Shown here in pieces: positions 38,813-48,728 of a stretch of 48,728 nt of DNA. Within the stretch, counting starts at the first letter, position 1, and every line of letters begins with the position of its first letter. Below the pieces are notes generated by a model that was given only the letters and a program-made list of their open reading frames with translations, did no database searches and had not been told where the DNA came from. The DNA is from Tubiluchus corallicola. Its lineage: Eukaryota; Animalia; Priapulida. The position numbers and the translations under genes are program-made. The DNA lies in the NCBI GenBank assembly GCA_030141605.1, contig JAQGDQ010001300.1, positions 1 to 48,728 on the forward strand, read 5' to 3'.

Positions 38813-39313
38813 TTTGTAATTGTAATTGTAATTGTAATTGTAATTGTAATTGTAATTGTAATTGTAATTGTAATTGTAATTGTAATTGTAATTGTAATTG
38901 TAATTGTAATTGTAATTGTAATTGTAATTGTAATTGTAATTGTAATTGTAATTGTAATTGTAATTGTAATTGTAATTGTAATTGTAATTGTAATTGTAAT
39001 TGTAATTGTAATTGTAATTGTAATTGTAATTGTAATTGTAATTGTAATTGTAATTGTAATTGTAATTGTAATTGTAATTGTAATTGTAATTGTAATTGTA
39101 ATTGTAATTGTAATTGTAATTGTAATTGTAATTGTAATAGTAACAGTAACAGTAATAGTAATAGATTAGTAATTGTAATTGTAATTGTAATTGTAGTTGT
39201 AGTTGTAGTTGTAGTTGTAATTGTAATTGTAATTGTAATTGTAATTGTAATTGTAATTGTAATTGTAATTGTAATTGTAATTGTAATCGTAATCGTAATC
39301 GTAATCGTAATTG
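38813..39313. repeat. (TTGTAA)n hexanucleotide microsatellite
   Basis: Direct reading. Confidence 0.97.
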
Positions 39314-39404
39314 TCATACAGCTGTGTGCTGTCATGCATGTAATGTAAGCCTTTGCTGATTGTAATCACGTATGCAATGATGTTGATGATGATAAATCTG
39401 TATA

Positions 39405-40133
39405 TATAAAGTCTCTTTACAATTTTAAAAAATTATTACAAAGGCAGTTGACGAGATATCTTAAAAGATTTGTTTTGTTTTATTCAGTGTTTATTTAAGT
39501 TTGAGATCACATTGAAATTTTGCATTTTATGTAGGTCTCCTGTTGGTAGAAGGGTATTGTTAACTGAAACCCCAAAAATTTGTGTCCCTCGAGAGAAGGC
39601 ACACTGTGTATCATGGTTTACTGAGACAAAATCGTATGTGCAAACTCAGTGAAACTACAGAACTACAGAACTAAGAACAGAGATACATGGGGTTATGTGA
39701 AAGACATCGTGTATCGAACAAAGATATGGGACATTACTGACTTGAAGCAAAGGACGGATTTCTGATGCCATCGCCACCATTGATGAGGCTATGACGAAAC
39801 TACAGAACTAAGTATGGAAGAGATCCTTGGAGTTATGTGAAAGACATCGTGTATCGAACAAAGATACGGGATATTACTGACTTGAAGCAAAGGACGGATT
39901 TCTGATGCCATCGCCACCATTGATGAGGTTATGCTAGAGCGAACATGGCAAGAAATCAAGTACCGTCTTGATGTGCTTCGTGCAACTAATGGTGCCCAAA
40001 TAGAGGTGTATTATATGAGTTAAAAAAACTTTGACAACCACTGATTACATAAGAACTAATCTAGTTAACAAATCTTGTCAACTGCCTTTATAATAAATTT
40101 TTGAAAGTGTAAAGAGACTTTATAGACACCTTG
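39405..40133 (+). mobile_element. Internally deleted Tc1/mariner DNA transposon with transposase remnants
   Basis: Long imperfect TIRs: tataaagtctctttaca..aaaggcagttgac.agat / atcttgtcaactgccttt..tgtaaagagactttatagacaccttg|TA. N-terminal remnant EKAHCVSWFTETKSYVQTQ*NYR is joined to the C-terminal WGYVKDIVYRTKI.DITDLKQR..AIATIDE.ML.RTWQEIKYRLDVLRATNG..IE. Internal 140-bp tandem duplication. Confidence 0.88.
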
Positions 40134-40934
40134 TATATATTGTGTAAATGCAAGGCTGATAATTCTGCACTGTATCATCATATAAGAGCATATATACAAC
40201 ACGGTGAATTATAATTATGTTCTTAATACATGCACCACAATCTTGCTTATAAAACATTTTAGTAACTAGTTATAATAATTAATGTCCAGAATACCAGAAT
40301 TTATTCACTGGGATTATTTAGATTACACTATTAGGAAAGTATTAAAAATGACAAACCTTTCTACATGCACGATTTACTTACAAATATATAAGGACAAGAA
40401 CTTTTGTGAAAATTTACGATAAAACCAGGAAAAGTTTTACCCGAGTTGTATATATATGTATATAAATATATATACATATGTGTGCATGAGCTAAAATTTA
40501 TTTTGCATTTAACTCTCACATCCCTTTACAAACTGATAAGAGTCTCTCGCAAAGTTAATTAAAGCTTTATTTAATGCTTGTTTTTTTAAATAGCTTTAAC
40601 AATCTTATGAGTAAATTAATACAGTTTAGCACAACACAGGGTTTTTTTAACATGCTTTAACTAGAAATTAAAATGAATATGAAAGTATATAAACAAGTGA
40701 ACAAACGAGAAATTGTTTAATATCAAACTAATCAGATTTTCGAAAAAGTAAAACATCTTTTTTGAATTAAAAATGATAATCGGAGATGCAATTTCATTTA
40801 TTTCAAATTTAATATCCTTAAAAATGGAAAATTAAAAATTCAATTTTATTGAAAACACTTACCAGATATTAGTGTATAAAGAAGATTTTGTAAAGTTTTT
40901 TAAAACGCGGGGTCGGAAGGGTTGTGCATGTATG

Positions 40935-42065
40935 GTAAAGTTTGAAAAACAATCAGAGCATTTTAGCTCACCCTTCGCTAAATAAGCAAAAGTTTAAATT
41001 GCCTTATGTTCTCAGTAAGATCAATGATGTGTTTTTTGGTGAGTCAGTAGCGCACACTGGGAAGGTGAGTCAGTGGTGCACACTTGGGAAGGTGAGTCAG
41101 TGGCGAACATTGGGAAGGTGAGTCAGTGGTGCACACTGGGAAGGTGAGTCAGTGGTGCACACTGGGAAGGTGAGTCAGTGGTGAACACTGTGAGGGTGAG
41201 TCAGTGGTACACACTGGGAAGGTGAGTCAGTGGTGCACACTGGGAAGGTGAGTCAGTGGTGCACACTGGGATGGTGAGTCAGTGGTGAACACTGGGAAGG
41301 TGAGTCAGTGGTACACACTGGGAAGGTGAGTCAGTGGTACACACTGGGAAGGTGAGTCAGTGGTGCACACTGGGATGGTGAGTCAGTGGTGAACACTGGG
41401 AAGGTGAGTCAGTGGTGAACACTGTGAAGGTGAGTCAGTGGTACACACTGGGAAGGTGAGTCAGTGGTGCACATTGGGAAGGTGAGTCAGTGGTGCACAC
41501 TTGGGAAGGTGAGTCAGTCGTACACACTGGGAAGGTGAGTCAATGGTGCACCCTGGGAAGGTGAGTCAATGGTGAACACTGTGAAGGTGAGTCAGTGGTA
41601 CACACTGGGAAGGTGAGTCAGTGGTGCACATTGGGAAGGTGAGTCAGTGGTGCACACTTGGGAAGGTGAGTCAGTCGTACACACTGGGAAGGTGAGTCAA
41701 TGGTGCACCCTGGGAAGGTGAGTCAATGGTGAACACTGCGAAGGTGAGTCAGTGGTGAACACTGGGATGGTGAGTCAGTGGTACACACTGGGAAGGTGAG
41801 TCAATGGTGCACACTGGGAAGGTGAGTCAGTGATGCACACTGGGAAGGTGAGTCAGTGGTGCACACTGGGAAGGTGAGTCAGTGGTGAACACTGGGAAGG
41901 TGAGTCAGTGGTGCACACTGGGAAGGTGAGTCAGTGGTGCACACTGGGATGCTGAGTCAGTGGTGAACATTGGGAAGGTGAGTCACTGACATTTTACCAG
42001 TTGGTATGAAGATTTCAAATTGAGAATTTTCTTCTCTAGTTACATAAGTGTTTCACGCAGGCAAG
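40935..42065 (+). mobile_element. Interspersed repeat family B copy hosting the 26-bp minisatellite
   Basis: The flanks (gtttgaaaaacaatcagagcattt...ttttttggtgag and gacattttaccagttgg..ttacataagtgttt..gcagg) align with 11795-12015 and, inverted, with 38385-38585. Confidence 0.75.
41038..41985. repeat. 26-bp minisatellite, about 36 copies (ggtgagtcagtggtgcacactgggaa)
   Basis: Period 26 (41169 to 41195); no unique spacers. Confidence 0.97.
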
Positions 42066-42313
42066 CCTAGTGCACAGTAAGGAAACTTTGTATGGAAAGT
42101 TTGTTCAGAAGTACTTCCGTTTCCGTTTCCGTTTACTTACTTCCGTAAAATTCCGTTTTCCTTCCCTTTGACTTTTTTGTCGCCTAATCGTCGTTTTCTT
42201 GCTGTTGTTTAATGGATCTTTGTTGACAGGCGACCTGCCCAGTCATCTGGACAAGTTGGTCTAAAGCACTTCCTAAGGCAATTGTTTGCTCATAAAACAG
42301 TCCAAACGAATAT

Positions 42314-43025
42314 TAAAGAAAAAAGCCGGACCCAATCTTTAATTGTAGGTCAAAGCAACTTACTCTTTAAAATACTGAACAGAAATATACTATTTTTTAA
42401 AGAATACCTTACGTTAAAAAATTATTACAACAGAAACGCATTTTCACATTCGCGCCACTAGTTCTTCGCTGCTATATGCATTTCGCCATTCGCTACTTAG
42501 ACGGGCACATCACAAACTAACATAATTTTCAACAGCAAAAATATTCCACGCGCGTGTTGCACGTGTTTGCGAAAGTGAAAATTGAAGTACAGTGCTACTG
42601 TAAGATATTCAGCGTGTTGTACTAAAAGTAAAGTATTAAAAGAATTAAAAGATAAAAGATCTTGAGAAATTGCACGTAATTTGAGTAATTATTTGAGTAA
42701 CTAACATTAAATAACGAACAATTAGATATTAAAAAAGGGCCAGATAGAATCTAAAAAAGTGTGACAATAAATTGTTACTAGTTGTATATGTAGCACAGTA
42801 GTAAAAAAGTTTACAACATTCTGGTGACAAGAAAATTAATATTACATGAAATTTCTCACGATCTTTTAGCTTTTAATTCTTTTAATTTTAATTCAGTAAG
42901 AAACATAAGCTTAAAACAAAACCGGACCCAATCTTAAACTGTAGGTAAAAACAATCTACTCTTTAAAAAATATGGAAAGAAAGCATACTATTTTTTCAAA
43001 ATGACTTACGCGAAAGATTTATTAA
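42314..43025. mobile_element. Cluster of rearranged family A fragments with an embedded inverted-repeat element
   Basis: 42314-42505 is the inverted 3' half of family A; 42506-42630 is the forward 5' half; 42910-43025 is another inverted terminus. A ~47-bp inverted repeat pairs 42635-42681 with 42840-42886. Confidence 0.72.
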
Positions 43026-43057
43026 TGGTGAGTAATTAATTATTAGACCTTTGAGTA

Positions 43058-43508
43058 ATTGTAAGATCTTTGGAAGATTTTTCCCTGTTGACTAGTAACT
43101 GAAGAAAATCTGGTGTCTGTTTGGTTAAACTCGCTGTTTTTCTTTGTGTATAATGTGTGTAAATTTTTGTTACTAAGTATTAAAATATGTTCGTTATCTT
43201 TTATTATGATGTATGTAGTGTTGGATTATAATTTGTAACTATGTCTATTGTATATGATCGTTGTCGTTCATTGTGTCGTTGGATCTTAAGTTATATATAT
43301 ATGTGAATAGGTTTAATACGTTGTAAATGTTTTTAGTAATTTTAAACATATCCCTACAAACATAGGGAATGTATTCTGTACATTATTCAAAGAATTATAA
43401 TAAAAATAATAAGTGATAATACAGTACTATAAATGATTGTAAGATCTTTGTAAGAGTTTTCCCTGTTGACTAGTAACTCAAGAAAATCTGGCGTCTGTTT
43501 GGTTAAAC
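43058..43508. repeat. 73-bp direct repeat pair (43058-43130 and 43436-43508)
   Basis: attgtaagatctttg.aaga.ttttccctgttgactagtaact.aagaaaatctgg.gtctgtttggttaaac occurs twice, 378 bp apart. Confidence 0.9.
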
Positions 43509-44294
43509 GTCACAAGTTGGCGCAGACGAGTTTGTTATTTCGACTATTTCAATTTCCTTCGTGTACACCAGCCAAGTTACAAAGTTCCGCCCGCTCCGTC
43601 AGGCGGCGTCTTTCATCTCAGTGGGTAAAGTCATTTTAAATCAATCTACAACAATCATTACCGTTGTGATTTGTATTTCAAGCATGCGAGCTTTTTATTG
43701 TGTAGCCATTCGCTTTCGAAATTAATAGGGTTTGGTCTCCGCGTCGCCGGCGAGCGCGCTAGAGCAACCACGCGAGAGTAGACCGAAGAGCGCGCGACCG
43801 GTGTCTTTCATGTTTCAGACTAGGCGAGAATGAAGCATAAAACTATGAAAGCTGAACGTTGAATACAATCGTATCTGACCAATAACAGCGGCCTTCATTA
43901 AATTTAATCATTGGTGAACACATTACACTTGACAGGCGTTTAAATTTCGCTTACGTGGACAAATCGCCTCGAATGTTTCACCTTGTTAAATGGTTAAAAG
44001 CCACGCATGAGTTAACCCTCGAGCAATCAGCACGGATTTGCCAAAAATGCTGCTGCGCCCGCCATTGAACGAGTAATTAAAAACGTGGAGATAATTTTAT
44101 AATTTAAATTCTCCAGGATGAAATAAAACTATTCGAATTTTTAGAGCCGTTTACGACCTCGTGTGTTTTTTTGCAATCGATGCGTAACAAGATTGTGCCA
44201 CTTGCGTGTGATTGGGGCAGGTATTTGCATGAGATTTGGCACGTAGTTTTTTCCTATCAGAGCTTGATTGTGACCATCTTCCAGCTTCTTATCC

Positions 44295-44708
44295 CCTCGC
44301 TTCTTCTCCTCTTTCTGCTTCCTCTTCCTCCTCTTCTTCTTCTTCCTCCTCCTCCTCCTCCTCCTACTCCTCGTGATAATCGTAATTAATATAATTATAG
44401 TCACAATCATCATCGTCGTCATTGCTCTTTGTTTCTGTCACAGTCATCATTGTCGTCATAACCATCGCAGTCATCATTGTCTCTAATGCTTTTGGCATGG
44501 TCATTACTGTCGTCAGCGGTATCGTCATACTCGGTACAACTGTCATCTTCATCACCATTTTCGTGATCATCATGATCATCATCATCATCATCCGCATCCT
44601 TGTCTTGTCTGTTACTGGTGCCAACGTCTTTGTTTTTCCAATATCATTCTAATCACGACCATCAAGTTTGCCGTTGATAAATTGATGTCATTATTATCAT
44701 CATAATCG

Positions 44709-44780
<72 letters not shown>

Positions 44781-44784
44781 CTAT

Positions 44785-44816
<32 letters not shown>

Positions 44817-44975
44817 TCATCATCATTATCAGCATAATCGTCATCATGATCATTATCATCATCATCACTATCACCATAATCGCCATCACCATCATCATCT
44901 TTGTCGTCGTTGTCGTCATCACCGCCATCATCATCGTCACCGTAGTCGTCGTGGTCACCATCGTCATTCTCATTA
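44295..44975. repeat. (CCT/CTT)n and degenerate (CAT)n trinucleotide region
   Basis: Direct reading; source of the poly-D and poly-M ORFs. Confidence 0.93.
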
Positions 44976-45883
44976 CCTTCGTATAATATCATTGCCTTCG
45001 TATTATCATTTTCTTTATTGTGGTCATCTTGATGTTGTCGTTATCAATATCCTGTTGGCGTGAAACAGGTAAGTAGGGCAACTGCAGATCTTATTTTTAC
45101 CAGTAACTGTTTTTATTGCATTCAGGTTCATTCCATTTCTGCAATCACTTCTTTAACTCTGGCACTGTTAATGATGGCTCTTGATTACAGGTGAGGCGAT
45201 GTCATTACAAATGGTCAACAAGAGGAAAAGACAGGTAATAAAAACTCCCGATGTTAATTACTTCCTTGTAGCGAGAAGGTGGCCTTGTGGGTGGTTGGCG
45301 GTGGCGCCAATTTGGGCAAAATTGTACGGAACAAGCGGATGCGAGCGTTCCCACATGTAGGAGTACCGACCACACATAGTCGCTGTCTGCACAACACGCG
45401 GTGCATTTAGACAAAATAATCAACATTTAATAGGTTTTAATTGTACACTTGACTGAGTTTATGTGTTTATCGCCTTCAGTATATAGTTTAACAGAATAGT
45501 TACCAGGCGCTGCTAGGGCTGAGTGGTTGCACTGTTTAGGTGGGACTATGTTGCTAAACGTTTCCCTTAATGAAGCGCAAACTACCGGAACTTGTTCTGA
45601 GTATTTTGATGACATCTAGAAAAGATTGAAAAGACATTATCAGAGAGCGAAGGTAATCCAGCTTTGGAGTTAATAGGCAGAGGTAAACAGGGATGCCAGG
45701 AAGAGATTCAAGGGTTTATTCGTTTCCACTGTAGTTGACACACATGTAGGCCATTTCCATATTTAAATAATGTAAAGTGGGTATGTCAATAAATGCTGAA
45801 TCCGTTTTGGGGTAAAATATTTAGTAGAAATAAAAAATGGAATAAGCAAAAAGGAAAAACAATGAAAACGGAGAGAGAGAGGG

Positions 45884-45936
<53 letters not shown>

Positions 45937-46058
45937 GAGAGAAAGAGGGAGAGAGAGAGCGGGGGAGTAAGAGAGAGAAAGAGAAAGGGGAAGACAGAGA
46001 AAAAGTGGGAAGGGAAGAGAGGATAAAAAGAGACAGACAGAGAAGGACAGAATGAAAA

Positions 46059-48728
<2,670 letters not shown>

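Noticed and set aside
39774-39820. Hammerhead-like TTGATGA-ggctatgac-GAAAC..GTA
   Set aside because: C3 of the core is missing, stem II is poor, and the motif is created by the junction of a 140-bp duplication inside transposase coding remnants.
44364-44992. Acidic poly-Asp / poly-Met ORFs resembling biomineralisation proteins
   Set aside because: Degenerate (CAT)n microsatellite open in several frames, with no signal peptide or exon structure.

Overview
AT-rich, microsatellite-dense animal (invertebrate-type) genomic DNA; the taxon cannot be determined from the sequence. The one host gene is an even-skipped (Evx/eve) homeobox gene on the + strand. Two exons are unambiguous: 22916-23094 and 30192-30779, with the homeodomain split TIK|VWFQNRR. 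I propose a first coding exon at 3224-3398, absent from the ORF track, whose phase-1 donor matches the exon-2 acceptor. This gives a 313-aa protein with introns of about 19.5 kb and 7.1 kb and a C-terminal LFQPY (Groucho-type) motif. The rest is regulatory-looking CpG-enriched islands with TAAT, TTTAT and TCF-like motifs, LINE remnants (RTE-, CR1- and L2/Crack-like), Tc1/mariner and hAT-type MITEs, at least three interspersed repeat families, minisatellites and simple repeats. The most unusual structures are: (i) a 2.4-kb segment that reappears downstream as a circularly permuted head-to-tail repeat joined at a CCG microhomology; (ii) a ~200-bp palindrome made of two Penelope-type degenerate minimal hammerhead ribozymes; (iii) a 26-bp minisatellite born inside an interspersed repeat, carrying about 35 AP-1 cores plus MRE-like and splice-donor motifs. 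There are no prokaryotic features, tRNA/rRNA genes or CRISPR arrays, and I found no novel protein-coding system.
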